DNA of 64,000 nt. Source: Candidatus Borrarchaeum weybense. GTDB lineage: Archaea > Asgardarchaeota > Sifarchaeia > Borrarchaeales > Borrarchaeaceae. The DNA is taken from positions 352,001-416,000 of the forward strand of contig JAHQJS010000006.1 in NCBI GenBank assembly GCA_019057385.1, written 5' to 3'. This document shows, piece by piece, positions 39,649 to 49,605 of this stretch. Under the pieces are notes generated by a model. That model ran no database searches. It was given only the letters and a program-made list of their open reading frames with translations, and was not told where the DNA came from. Every line of letters starts with the position of its first letter. Position 1 is the stretch's first letter. The translations under genes were made by a program, and so were the position numbers.

Positions 39649-39943
39649 GTCAACTACCCCTCCCTGTCGGAAGGGGCTTGAAAAAGTTCCTATAGAGGGG
39701 TAGGAGATTAGCCTGAGTGATGTCTCCTCCAAGGTGGAGGCAGATGAAATACGTTCGGGGCTGAGTGTTTGAAAATCACCCCGGAATGCTCCTCAAGTTC
39801 CGGGCTCTGAAAGACATGGTGGACGACCCAGGTCGCTATCCTGAGACCTGCACCATCATCATGTCCGGTGCCTGCCCCAACATTGGCGATGAGGACCTAC
39901 CCGCGGATGCGGAGCTGACCTTTACAGGTCGTAAAACATAGTT
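39649..39943 (+). ncRNA. Stand-alone omegaRNA scaffold, second copy
   Basis: About 17 differences over ~295 nt (hand count) from the reverse complement of 37389-37682. Confidence 0.9.
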
Positions 39944-40062
39944 TCGGGCACATATTCCTGTGCTCGCAGAAAGGGTATGTGTTCATCCACCTTACACATT
40001 ACAAAAAACTATACCACAATTCATCTCCAGCCTGACGGATGTAGTCTTCTTGCGGAGGTTAG
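39649..40062. mobile_element. Non-autonomous omegaRNA-only IS200/IS605 element
   Basis: omegaRNA copy followed by left-end-type sequence CAATTCATCTCC...TCTTCTTGCGGAGGTTAG and ATAAA at 40063-40067; no iscB ORF. Confidence 0.85.
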
Positions 40063-40068
40063 ATAAAA

Positions 40069-40446
40069 ATGGGAGAAACTTCAACATCAAAAATCGACAC
40101 AATTACACAACTTCTTAAAAAGATGGAACTATCTTCAGGGTTGACAGCTAGCGCTGTGATCAGTAGAGAGGGTTTACCTATAACCTCAGCTATGCCATCA
40201 GATGTCAATGAAGAGATAATTGGGGCTATGACCGCTGCCATGCTTTCGCTTGGCGAACGTGCTGTTGATGAGTTAACACGAGGTAATTTAGAACAACTTT
40301 TCGTCAAAGGAAATGAAGGATACTTAGTAATAATGGCCGCAGGTCCAAGTGCAGTCTTGGTTGCACTAGCACCTGATGGAGCCCTATTAGGTCTAATCTT
40401 CCTTGATATGAAACGAACTGCTCAGCAGGTCTCTGAGCTTTTATGA
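40069..40446 (+). CDS. Roadblock/LC7 (MglB-like) domain protein
   Basis: SAVISREGLPI, AMTAAMLSLGER, VKGNEGY, LGLIFLDMKR. Confidence 0.93.
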   Translation: MGETSTSKIDTITQLLKKMELSSGLTASAVISREGLPITSAMPSDVNEEIIGAMTAAMLSLGERAVDELTRGNLEQLFVKGNEGYLVIMAAGPSAVLVALAPDGALLGLIFLDMKRTAQQVSELL

Positions 40447-40630
40447 AAGCAAAAAAGTTACACAAAGCTTGTAATTATACCTATATTCTATCAAGTTGTT
40501 CAAATGACGACAAATTATATCATTCAAAAAATTCTTTTTATCAACTTAAAAAATGATATAAAGTATTTTGTCTAAAAATATAATATCGAATAAATTGAGA
40601 TCTACCATTTGATTTATTTGGAGGATTACT

Positions 40631-41692
40631 ATGAGGTGGTCATCTAACAAATCGCTTACCTTTTTCATATCAGCGCTTCTAGTGATATCATTGATTTCTT
40701 TAGCACTTATGACGGCTCCTACTGCTGCACAGGAAGAAAAATCAAAAGAACTTACCTTAACTGAAACCGATTCATTCTACATTGATAACGATTTCATTCA
40801 AATCAAATTTGTGAAAAAACGGCCAGTCGTCGAATGGTACAGCAAGGAAACAAATGAACATAGACTTGCTCTTTCTGTATTAGAGTTACAGGAATTCTTT
40901 GATAGTGACGGTACAAGTTACTATGATTCAGGTGACGTACTCTATCGCGAGTTTGACGTGAGCAACCCAAACAATTTACAAGGTCAAAAATTCGATGTAA
41001 CGAAATCAGTATCAGCAAACAGTATTGAATTGACTTTTAGGGCTCGCGGTGACATTGTTGATACCGAAGGTGATAAGGTTGGTTTTGGAGACGTCAGTTT
41101 TATCTTCACAATTTCCGCTTCAGATAGTGGAGCTGCTTCTTATGCGCCCCAAGACGGGGTAGAAATGTCAGTTGAAGTGGTTGTGAGTGATTGGGAGTAC
41201 TTTAATAAAGATAATAATATACTTGCGTTGAATTCATCGCTTAAAATGCAGTCTGGAGACTCTGCCACAATAAATGGAGAGTCGGTACAACCTGCGAATG
41301 ATTATACACAGTTCAAATCTGCTAATGTGCATCTACTATCTGTTTCTAATTCGACAAATGAACAGATGGGTTATGTGCGCTTGGCAGACAAGGATAACAA
41401 AGATACCAGAGACTTTCATGCCTACAAAGCATTTGGGACTCAAATAGTTATAATGTCTACTTATTATAATATAGGCAAGTCTACCATTCATCAAATGTCG
41501 ATTGGGGTACCAGAATCTATTAGTTCGCCTACAGATCAAGGTACAGGAGGCTTTGGTTTTGGAGATATTGGTTCTATTTTTCAGGGATTTCCCGGTATCT
41601 TAAGCAATATTCTGTTCATTGAAGTCGTCGTTGTAGCTGCGGTTCTTGTAACAATTGTAGTACTTCTAGTAAGACGTGTGAAAAAGGAATAA
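40631..41692 (+). CDS. Secreted, C-terminally membrane-anchored beta-rich surface protein
   Basis: Signal peptide ending TAA-Q, C-terminal TM helix followed by RRVKK. Confidence 0.75.
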   Translation: MRWSSNKSLTFFISALLVISLISLALMTAPTAAQEEKSKELTLTETDSFYIDNDFIQIKFVKKRPVVEWYSKETNEHRLALSVLELQEFFDSDGTSYYDSGDVLYREFDVSNPNNLQGQKFDVTKSVSANSIELTFRARGDIVDTEGDKVGFGDVSFIFTISASDSGAASYAPQDGVEMSVEVVVSDWEYFNKDNNILALNSSLKMQSGDSATINGESVQPANDYTQFKSANVHLLSVSNSTNEQMGYVRLADKDNKDTRDFHAYKAFGTQIVIMSTYYNIGKSTIHQMSIGVPESISSPTDQGTGGFGFGDIGSIFQGFPGILSNILFIEVVVVAAVLVTIVVLLVRRVKKE

Positions 41693-41754
41693 ATTAAATC
41701 TTTTCTCTTTTTTTGATAATTCCTACAAAAAAGTTGAAAATATAAACTAAAAAA

Positions 41755-42369
41755 CTACCAAGGAGTATTTTCGATCGTAAAAATGAAGGGTTTTCTAGCC
41801 CTATCTACTCTTATGAAGCCATCCTCTTCAAGTTCGTGTATATAGTTTCTGACAGCAGTGTTAGAGTATCCAGTTGCTTTACTAATAGTTGTGTAGTTGT
41901 TAGCTTTAGTTTTTTCAATGATTGCTAAAATCTTAAATTGAGGTACAGTTTCGAGTAGTTCTTTGAGGATTCGATTCCTGCGAGAAATTTCTCGTTTGAT
42001 CTTACTTGCTGTTTCAATTTTGCGTCTGTCCATTGTTCCAGATTGGATTGAAGGCGGTGCCTCAACTTTTGTAGGTTTTTCCTCAATTTGATCTACAGCC
42101 ATTCCTTTCTGAATAATTTCTTCTCTCAAGAATCCAAGATGACCTATTGCTTTTACAGTAATTGAATTAACGATTTGTGCTAATTTATCTAACACCTTTC
42201 CCTCAATTTTTTCCAAGAAATCGGTGATTTCTGGGGATTTCTGGGAATAATGTTGCTTTAAAATTTTGAAAAAATCTCCTAAGTCTTGAATTTTTTCTTC
42301 TCGTGCTTTATTGATAGCTCCCACAAAACGTAAAGTCATTCTGTGAATAAAATTCTCATCTACAACCAT
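41755..42369 (-). CDS. Hypothetical protein with C-terminal winged HTH
   Basis: PQFKILAII...ISKATGYSNTAVRNYIHELEEDGFI. Confidence 0.75.
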   Translation of the reverse strand: MVVDENFIHRMTLRFVGAINKAREEKIQDLGDFFKILKQHYSQKSPEITDFLEKIEGKVLDKLAQIVNSITVKAIGHLGFLREEIIQKGMAVDQIEEKPTKVEAPPSIQSGTMDRRKIETASKIKREISRRNRILKELLETVPQFKILAIIEKTKANNYTTISKATGYSNTAVRNYIHELEEDGFIRVDRARKPFIFTIENTPW

Positions 42370-42400
42370 AGGATCCCCTGCTACTTACCATGTAAACTTC

Positions 42401-42955
42401 TCAAGTTGGTAGAAGTTGTTTGACAACGTTCGGACTTAGAGGAGGTGTTTTATCAGATACAGAAACACAAAGCGCTAGAAATGTTTCTAGTTCTTCAAGT
42501 AGTGATTTATTCTTTTTATCCTTTTTTGCTATCTCCTTTATCATTTCTGCTGATTTTTTATAGGCCTCTTTTGCCTTTTCTTTTAATGGACCTGAATTAC
42601 TCCAGTAACTAAAGCCTATAGTCTTCCAAATTTCTGTAACGCTCTCATTTGGTATCAATTTTGTTTGAGAATAAAGCTGAGCGCCTTTTTCAAATCCACG
42701 CTCGAAGAATCGTTCGACAGTTAATTTAATTGTTTTTAAATCAATATGATTTGGAATTCCGATATTAATCTCTCCTTTTGGAGTTTCATTTCTACGAAAA
42801 GCATTTGAAATATCATTTATGCTCTCAAAATAGACTATTACGGCAGTTTCGTCTTTACGATATTTTAATTTCCCCCAAAATAATGTTGGGATTACTATCG
42901 CATCAAGAGGTTTACTTTGATCCTCATTCATATTCAATCCACTACTATTTTTCAT
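42401..42955 (-). CDS. Hypothetical protein
   Basis: 184-aa ORF co-oriented in a three-gene run. Confidence 0.65.
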   Translation of the reverse strand: MKNSSGLNMNEDQSKPLDAIVIPTLFWGKLKYRKDETAVIVYFESINDISNAFRRNETPKGEINIGIPNHIDLKTIKLTVERFFERGFEKGAQLYSQTKLIPNESVTEIWKTIGFSYWSNSGPLKEKAKEAYKKSAEMIKEIAKKDKKNKSLLEELETFLALCVSVSDKTPPLSPNVVKQLLPT

Positions 42956-42994
42956 TTGGTAAGATTCATTATTTTGTAACTAATTGATCTAATG

Positions 42995-43699
42995 TTATTT
43001 ATTCAAAGATATAATCTTAAATTCATTCACATAAACATCGAGTTGATTGAGAAAGAATGATAATTGGAATATGGGGACGATTGGAACATTTTGATGGGTT
43101 TTGATATCTTCAATTAACCAACTGATTAAAAGAGGCATTAGAAAACCCCCATCATTCCTTTCTATACAGAACTTTGAAAGATCTGCATCTTTTGAAAAAG
43201 CTATTGTTCTTTCGACCTGCTTTTCAACAGCCTTCTTTAATGCATGTTTCTTTCCAGTCCTAGGGCTCCAATGCTTGCAATCAATGCATAAAATAATTGG
43301 GTCACGTATTGCTAATAAATCGAGTTCATAACGTTTTTTCTTTGAACTTTTGAATCGAACTCTTGAATATACTTGAAATTCGTGATAAAGTAAGATATCC
43401 AGAGTAAATGCTTCAAATTCTTTCCAATCAAGATATTTGCAAAGTTTTTCGATATCATTACCAGCCTTAATTAACAAAAAGGCTAATTTTAATCTAGATT
43501 TAGGCGTTAAATTAACATAATTGTAATCATCTCTTGTAACAACGTCATTTGAAACAAGGTCATCTACTGTATATGTTATGAAATCCAAATCATTAATTCC
43601 TGTCAAACCGGCAAGCATTTCTATACTAATTGATTTCTTTTTGTACTTGAGTAATGACGATAGAACTACTTGTTTAGCGTTATTCTCCATAGGTTTCAC
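42995..43699 (-). CDS. PD-(D/E)xK nuclease-fold protein (Mrr/NERD-like)
   Basis: LDWKEFE, YELDLLA, CIDCKHW. Confidence 0.8.
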   Translation of the reverse strand: MKPMENNAKQVVLSSLLKYKKKSISIEMLAGLTGINDLDFITYTVDDLVSNDVVTRDDYNYVNLTPKSRLKLAFLLIKAGNDIEKLCKYLDWKEFEAFTLDILLYHEFQVYSRVRFKSSKKKRYELDLLAIRDPIILCIDCKHWSPRTGKKHALKKAVEKQVERTIAFSKDADLSKFCIERNDGGFLMPLLISWLIEDIKTHQNVPIVPIFQLSFFLNQLDVYVNEFKIISLNK

Positions 43700-43959
43700 A
43701 TTAAATGTCCTTAAGTTAATTTAATTGCTTTCAAATAATTAGATTCGTTTTTTAGCATATATATCATTCGAGACAATATCTTTTAGAATCTAAAATAGAC
43801 AATTTTTAACTTTTAATGATCAACAAAACACTTAAAAACTGCGAAAATCAATGATGACTAAAATTGAAAATTCTGGAGACGTGAATGAGGTGAAACAGTC
43901 ACAAATAGACTGGAGGAATCGCGAAATCCACTAATGAGTTATTTTTTGAATTAGAAAAC

Positions 43960-44298
43960 ATGAATTTGAAATTAATAAACGATCTCGACCTTAAAAAAAT
44001 ACTCTCCATCTTAATGCGATCTTTTATCCAATTGGCACAAATTCGATTATCTTCTAAGCAAAAGTTGCTGTTAAAGAAGGCAAGAACATTACTTTCTTCT
44101 CAGCAGATGACTTTAACTTCTTTGGCAGAGTATTTATCATCGGAGTTGAATCTCGCGCATTCGACGGTGAAGTGGAATTTGAGAAATTTGCGAGACGTTG
44201 GCCTAATTACTGCTGGAGATGCAAATGAAAAAGGAATTAATGCAGAGCTAACGCTTGCGGGTGAACTTCTCAGCCAAGCTTTTAATACGGAAGTGTGA
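43960..44298 (+). CDS. Winged-HTH transcriptional regulator
   Basis: LTSLAEYLS...HSTVKWNLRNLRDVGLI, ELTLAG. Confidence 0.82.
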   Translation: MNLKLINDLDLKKILSILMRSFIQLAQIRLSSKQKLLLKKARTLLSSQQMTLTSLAEYLSSELNLAHSTVKWNLRNLRDVGLITAGDANEKGINAELTLAGELLSQAFNTEV

Positions 44299-44367
44299 GA
44301 AGCTTTAAAAACAAAAAAAGAAATTACATTTCACTACGCTTATTGATTTTTCATGTTTATAATTTAA

Positions 44368-45372
44368 ATGACCAAGAGATGGTTGAAGAAGATGAGCAAC
44401 GAACAAGAAGGCGCTAGAGTATTTAAAGTAGAATTAGGCGTTGGAAAGCCAGTAAGAAACAGAATAATGCGAAAAGGAAGAGGTTTTAGCCGTTTAGAGT
44501 TGAAAGAAGCAGGAAGTACTGTCTTAGAAGCTCGTAAATTTAGTATTCCTATAGATACCAAACGCAAGTCAATGCATGATTTTAATATCTCCATTTTAAA
44601 AGAACTTCTTGAGGAAGAAAGAGCGAGTTCAGTCCGGACAGAATTAGAAAAAGAAGTCATTAAAAAAGAATACCAAGAATTTACACAGATAAGAGGAATT
44701 GGTTTATCAAGTGCAGAGGAAATAGTTGAAATGGGCATTGCATCTGTAGAAGAACTAGCCGCGCTTGAAGTAGAGAAACTGGATACAGATGTACCAATTA
44801 CGACAATAAAACGCTGGGTTCGGAATGCTAAAAAACACCTTGGAGAAGATATTGAAGAACTAGAGGAACTAGAAGAACTAGAGGAACTAGAGGAACTAGA
44901 AGAACTAGAAGAATTGGAGGAAGAAATCGAAGAACTTGAGGCAACTGAACTAACGGATTTAGAGGCAGAATTGGAGGAAATTGGGTCAGAAGAGGAAAAA
45001 GAAGTAGAGGAAATATCAGAAGATGAGGTTATAGTTACTGAGAAGGACGAAATCTATAAAGAACTTATGCAAGTTCGCGGAATAGGCAAGAAAACAGCAG
45101 AAAAAATTGTTGAGCTTGGAGTTACATCGATTGAGGAACTGGCAGCACTTGAAGTAGATATGATACCGGAAACAGCAGATGTTTCTACTAACTCATTAAG
45201 GAACTGGGTAAAAAACGCACAAAAGCACCTTAAAAGAGAAAGTGAGGAAATTGAGGACGAAGAAACCGAAGAGATAACAGATGAAGAATTAGACAAAATA
45301 GAAGCAGAAATAGATGAATTAGAAGACTTAGACGAAGAAGACATCGATGCTTTGCTTCTGGAAGACGATTAA
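44368..45372 (+). CDS. rpl13e: Ribosomal protein L13e fused to two helix-hairpin-helix domains and acidic tracts (start may be 44392)
   Basis: RKGRGFSRLELKEAG...IPIDTKRKSMHDFN; IRGIG and VRGIG HhH repeats. Confidence 0.82.
   Translation: MTKRWLKKMSNEQEGARVFKVELGVGKPVRNRIMRKGRGFSRLELKEAGSTVLEARKFSIPIDTKRKSMHDFNISILKELLEEERASSVRTELEKEVIKKEYQEFTQIRGIGLSSAEEIVEMGIASVEELAALEVEKLDTDVPITTIKRWVRNAKKHLGEDIEELEELEELEELEELEELEELEEEIEELEATELTDLEAELEEIGSEEEKEVEEISEDEVIVTEKDEIYKELMQVRGIGKKTAEKIVELGVTSIEELAALEVDMIPETADVSTNSLRNWVKNAQKHLKRESEEIEDEETEEITDEELDKIEAEIDELEDLDEEDIDALLLEDD
44854..44916 (+). repeat. 7 x 9-bp tandem repeat (GARGAACTA) encoding (EEL)7
   Basis: Direct reading of the sequence; last unit GAAGAATTG. 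Confidence 0.95.
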
Positions 45373-45441
45373 GAAGAGACTTAAGTACTAATGTTATTCT
45401 TTACTTATATAGGACCTTTTCTATCTGATGGGATGAGTAAC

Positions 45442-46473
45442 TCATCCTAAAATACTTTCTTTATTGAAATCGAAAAAAACAGCTGTCTCCGAATCATATG
45501 TTATTTTGTATTTTTTCGAATCATCTATTTTCCCAATAGTAGATGTTGATAAATCATGTGATTCAAGAAGTTCGATCGCCGCTGAGATATGATTTGGCTT
45601 AATAGTAAGTATATACCCTGTAGAAATGAAAATTTTTGTCCAGTGGTCAAGTGGAACATGTGCAGGTTTATTTCTCTCAATTTGGTTTAGGTTGATAATA
45701 GCACCAACTCTGCTTGCCTCGAAAAGCATGCCAAGTGTTCCTAGAATTCCAGCGTTACTTATATCTTTACAAGCTGATGCAAATCCAGTTTTCCCAATTT
45801 CACAAATAGCTTGCCTATGCCGAAGTACCTCTTCCGATGATTTCATTGAGGTACAATCCCAACCGAAAGTGTATTTTTGTCCAACATGCCCTTTTGTATC
45901 TATAGCTGTAACTATAATATCCCCTGCTCTGGCTCCACTACTTGAAATTCTGTGTTCTCTTCGAACCCTGCCTATTATTCCCGCACTAGCAATATTTCTG
46001 GTGTCATTTGGGTGAGTATGTCCTCCTACAATGGGAACTCTAAATTTTTTAGATCCATCAATTATTCCTCTAACCAAATCATCGCCAATCTGCTTTTGAT
46101 CGTTCTCATATGCCAATATTAAGACCATTGCTAATGGCTTACCCGCCGTTGCATATATGTCATTTACATTTGCCATAACAAGTGAATAACCCGCCATATA
46201 TGGATTGACTTCAATGAATTTTTCCGTAATACTATCCGCATGGAATACTACCTCATATTCTGAGTTCGTATCAAATTCAATGCTTGCACAATCTTCACCT
46301 TTGAATAAAATAACATGAGGTGATTTGAATCCATTGATTTCCAATTCCTTAAGGATCGGTTCGGTATTTTTTTTAGCTTTTATTGCTGGAAATTCTTTCA
46401 ATTCGGCTAAGAATTTGTTGAAATCCATTTTCATTATCATCACACAGAGTTCATAATTAGTATTTAGATACAA
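45442..46473 (-). CDS. AIR synthase/SelD-related protein (methanogenesis marker 2-like)
   Basis: GEDCA, ANVNDIYATAGKP, VGGHTHP, CKDISNAGILGT. Confidence 0.85.
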   Translation of the reverse strand: MYLNTNYELCVMIMKMDFNKFLAELKEFPAIKAKKNTEPILKELEINGFKSPHVILFKGEDCASIEFDTNSEYEVVFHADSITEKFIEVNPYMAGYSLVMANVNDIYATAGKPLAMVLILAYENDQKQIGDDLVRGIIDGSKKFRVPIVGGHTHPNDTRNIASAGIIGRVRREHRISSSGARAGDIIVTAIDTKGHVGQKYTFGWDCTSMKSSEEVLRHRQAICEIGKTGFASACKDISNAGILGTLGMLFEASRVGAIINLNQIERNKPAHVPLDHWTKIFISTGYILTIKPNHISAAIELLESHDLSTSTIGKIDDSKKYKITYDSETAVFFDFNKESILG

Positions 46474-46599
46474 GGAAATATAATTGCCAATTCCACTTAA
46501 AATTTCTATAGAAACTCAAAACCAAAAACTATAAGTTTCTAAAACTTAACTATTAGTTTCTTAAAGTTATTTTTTGTGATTTGAAGTGAGTGTGAATTT

Positions 46600-47265
46600 A
46601 TGAGTGGTCTTCTTGAATGGTTTAAATCGAGACGTGAATCTGAAGTAATTCGAAAAACTAGGGAACATGCCTTAAAAGTGAATCAAGTTGTTCATGAAAC
46701 ACAAGACTTCATTAAGAAGGCTTTTCAAGGCAAAATTCCCAAAAAAACCCAAAAAAGAACTGAGCAAATTGAGCACGAAGCTGATATTTTACGAAGAGAA
46801 ATCTTCTCAATTTTGACAACTGGAGAGATTAATCCAAATGCAAGGGAAGATCTGATGCACATAGTCAAAAGAATGGACGATGTTGCAAATAATGCTAATG
46901 CAGCGGTAAGAAGAATGGCTTTATTTAATGTGGTAGAATTTCCGGATGAACTCAAAGACTTGATTTCAAAGATGATGTCACATTCAATAGAATGTAGTGA
47001 TATGCTAAAGGAGTGTATTGAAAAACTCGGAATTGAGGCATCAGAAATTTTGCGTCTTACAGACAGGATTGGGGAAATTGAACACGAGGTTGATCTCTTG
47101 AATTCAAATGTTAAAAGCTTCTTAATAAATTCTAACCTCACAATGAACCCGTTTGAAGCGATAGTAGTTCACGAATTTATTGAACGTATTGAAAATATTG
47201 CAGATGCATGTGAGGATACAGCCGACATAGTCAAATTGATGGCTTTGCGAGATGAAGTGAGATAA
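46600..47265 (+). CDS. DUF47 family phosphate transport regulator (PhoU-like)
   Basis: IEHEADILRR, REDL, IEHEVD, IENIADACEDTAD. Confidence 0.9.
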   Translation: MSGLLEWFKSRRESEVIRKTREHALKVNQVVHETQDFIKKAFQGKIPKKTQKRTEQIEHEADILRREIFSILTTGEINPNAREDLMHIVKRMDDVANNANAAVRRMALFNVVEFPDELKDLISKMMSHSIECSDMLKECIEKLGIEASEILRLTDRIGEIEHEVDLLNSNVKSFLINSNLTMNPFEAIVVHEFIERIENIADACEDTADIVKLMALRDEVR

Positions 47266-47337
47266 CTAATCCTATGTCGTCTAACTTATAATGTAGCAAA
47301 TTTGTTGCTTTGAAGTCAAAATCATTTAACAAGGTAT

Positions 47338-48447
47338 TTATTCTAGTTCTAAAGCCTTACCCAGTCCTTCTTCTGGATAATCAAAAATAAGAGTTTCTCT
47401 TGGATGAAAATATATAGTTACTCGGTCACCTTCTTTGAACCATTCGCGTGTTGCTTTTTCTTTGACTATTACCCTCTCTTTTTTTTCAAGGTTAACTTCG
47501 TATCTATTCGTACCGCTAATGAATTTTGAACTTTCAATTTCTCCGTGAAAATGATTTGGCTTATCCATGTTTATCTTTTGATAAATTTGAATATCTTCGG
47601 CTCTTATGCCAAGAACAATTCGGGAATTTTCAGCTTTGGATGTCTTGTTAGTTTCTGCTCTTAAGCCATTATCAAGTTCCATTAGTGCCGAATTCTTCTC
47701 TACTTTTTTAATTTTGCCTGCAAAGAAATTAGTATCACTGAGAAAATTTGCAACAAAAATACTTTGTGGATTCTCATATACTTCAGCTGGTGTACCAATT
47801 TGGATAAGAGTTCCTTCTCTTAAGATAGCAATTCTATCTGCTATTAGAAAGGCTTCAGTAATATCATTAGTCGCGTGGATTGCGGTTATCTTTAAATCTT
47901 TTACAATCTTTCGGAGTTCCTTACGTAATGCCATTCTTATTCTTGCATCCAATGCACCAAGTGGTTCATCCAAAAGAAGTAACTTTGCTCCACTCATCAA
48001 TGTACGTGCTAATGCCACTCTTTGTTTCATTCCACCGCTTAGTTCTTTTGGAAGTGCACCTCCTCTTCCAATAAGTACCATAAGTTCTAACATTTCTCGG
48101 GCACTTTTTTTAGATTCATCTAAACTCTCTCCTTTAACTCTAGGGGAATATATCAAATTATCGACGACATCTAGATGAGGAAATAATGCATATCGCGCAA
48201 AAACAAAACCTATGTTTCGGTTTTCTGTAGTTATATTATTTACACTTAAATTATCGATAGAGATCTCGCCGCCCTTATCGGGTTGGATTAAACCAGCAAT
48301 TAATTTGAGGGTAGTGGTTTTACCACTACCGGTGGGACCCAGCAGTATAAGGTATTCGCCGTTGTTGATTGTTAAATTAAGATCATTTAATGCAACAAGG
48401 CTCTCATATTTTTTTGTAACATGCATTAGTTCAACTTTAGGTGACAT
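47338..48447 (-). CDS. ABC importer ATPase with TOBE domain (degenerate Q- and H-loops)
   Basis: GPTGSGKT, FARYALF, LSGGM, LLDEP, HATND. Confidence 0.93.
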   Translation of the reverse strand: MSPKVELMHVTKKYESLVALNDLNLTINNGEYLILLGPTGSGKTTTLKLIAGLIQPDKGGEISIDNLSVNNITTENRNIGFVFARYALFPHLDVVDNLIYSPRVKGESLDESKKSAREMLELMVLIGRGGALPKELSGGMKQRVALARTLMSGAKLLLLDEPLGALDARIRMALRKELRKIVKDLKITAIHATNDITEAFLIADRIAILREGTLIQIGTPAEVYENPQSIFVANFLSDTNFFAGKIKKVEKNSALMELDNGLRAETNKTSKAENSRIVLGIRAEDIQIYQKINMDKPNHFHGEIESSKFISGTNRYEVNLEKKERVIVKEKATREWFKEGDRVTIYFHPRETLIFDYPEEGLGKALELE

Positions 48448-48471
48448 TCGTAATTCAACCTCTATATTTGA

Positions 48472-49593
48472 CTATTCTAAAGATAAATGAGGTGCAAGTC
48501 CATCGCTTGGATATCGGAAAACAACAGCCAATGAGGTATCCATTCGAACCGTTACAATATCTTCAATGTTAAAGGACGGTGGAGCACGAGCAAATTCCTT
48601 TACCCCTATTGTCTCCCCTGCATCCAGTTTTACTTCATATGAGTGCCTATCTCCTAGAAATCTATACCCAATTATCTTTCCCGGGATGAAATTGAGAGCG
48701 CCAAGTCTTTCAATAGAATATATTTTCAGTAATTCTTGACGAATGCTTATAACGACACGCTTACCCCGTTTTATTGCCTTTTCATTGGTTCTAAGTATGG
48801 ATCCGTCGCGTAATCGTATTTCTGATCCTATTTCAGTAACATTTGAAACTACACCTTCAATAAAATTTGACTCGCCAAGGAAATTTGCTACGAAAATGTC
48901 ATTCGGCGTGTAGTAAAGTTCTGTAGGTTCGCCTATCTGAACGATTCTTCCTTTTCTCATAACAATTATTCTATCAGCAATGGCCATAGCTTCTAACTGA
49001 TCATGTGTTACATGAATTGCTGTTAATTTGTTCTTTTTTACAATCTTGCGCAGTTCGTGCTGGAAAATGGCTTTCACTTTTGGATCTAGAGCCCCTAGAG
49101 CTTCATCAAATAGCATAAGTTTAGCGCCAGTAGCTAAAGCTCTTGCGACCCCAACACGTTGCAATTCAGGCGTGTTCAGTTCATCAGGAAAATTTTCAAC
49201 CTTATCTGCCAGTTTTGTAGTATCTAATGCCTCCCAAACGCGTTTCTCAATTTCAATTTCGTCTAATCCTCTCAATTTAGGACCATAACCTACATTATCC
49301 CACACGTCCCAAAATGGAAAAATCTCAAAATGCTGGAAAACGAAGCCTATATCGCGGTTACCGGCTGGAGCAAATGTTACGTCTTTTCCATCTATAATGA
49401 CTTCACCTTCAGTAGGTTGTGTCAGACCAGCAATGATTCGTAAAGTCGTTGTTTTACCGCAACCGCTTGGACCTAGTAAGGTAACGTATTCTCCATTACG
49501 AACTGTCAAATTAACTGAATCGACAGCGATGACCTTATCATAGTGTTTTGAGATATTGCTTAATTTTACCTCTGGCATTTTTACGCTTTCCAT
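48472..49593 (-). CDS. ABC importer ATPase with TOBE domain (degenerate signature motif)
   Basis: GPSGCGKT, FQHF, LNTPE, LFDEA, HVTHD. Confidence 0.93.
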   Translation of the reverse strand: MESVKMPEVKLSNISKHYDKVIAVDSVNLTVRNGEYVTLLGPSGCGKTTTLRIIAGLTQPTEGEVIIDGKDVTFAPAGNRDIGFVFQHFEIFPFWDVWDNVGYGPKLRGLDEIEIEKRVWEALDTTKLADKVENFPDELNTPELQRVGVARALATGAKLMLFDEALGALDPKVKAIFQHELRKIVKKNKLTAIHVTHDQLEAMAIADRIIVMRKGRIVQIGEPTELYYTPNDIFVANFLGESNFIEGVVSNVTEIGSEIRLRDGSILRTNEKAIKRGKRVVISIRQELLKIYSIERLGALNFIPGKIIGYRFLGDRHSYEVKLDAGETIGVKEFARAPPSFNIEDIVTVRMDTSLAVVFRYPSDGLAPHLSLE

Positions 49594-49605
49594 GATTTTC
49601 TAAAT

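Noticed and set aside
37389-39943. Composite transposon bounded by 295-bp inverted repeats
   Set aside because: Each copy has its own partner end and target motif; IS200/IS605 elements do not use terminal inverted repeats.
45442-46473. Selenophosphate synthetase SelD
   Set aside because: Same fold, but lacks the N-terminal Cys/Sec-x-x-Lys motif; GGHTHP and KDIS fit the marker-2-like family.
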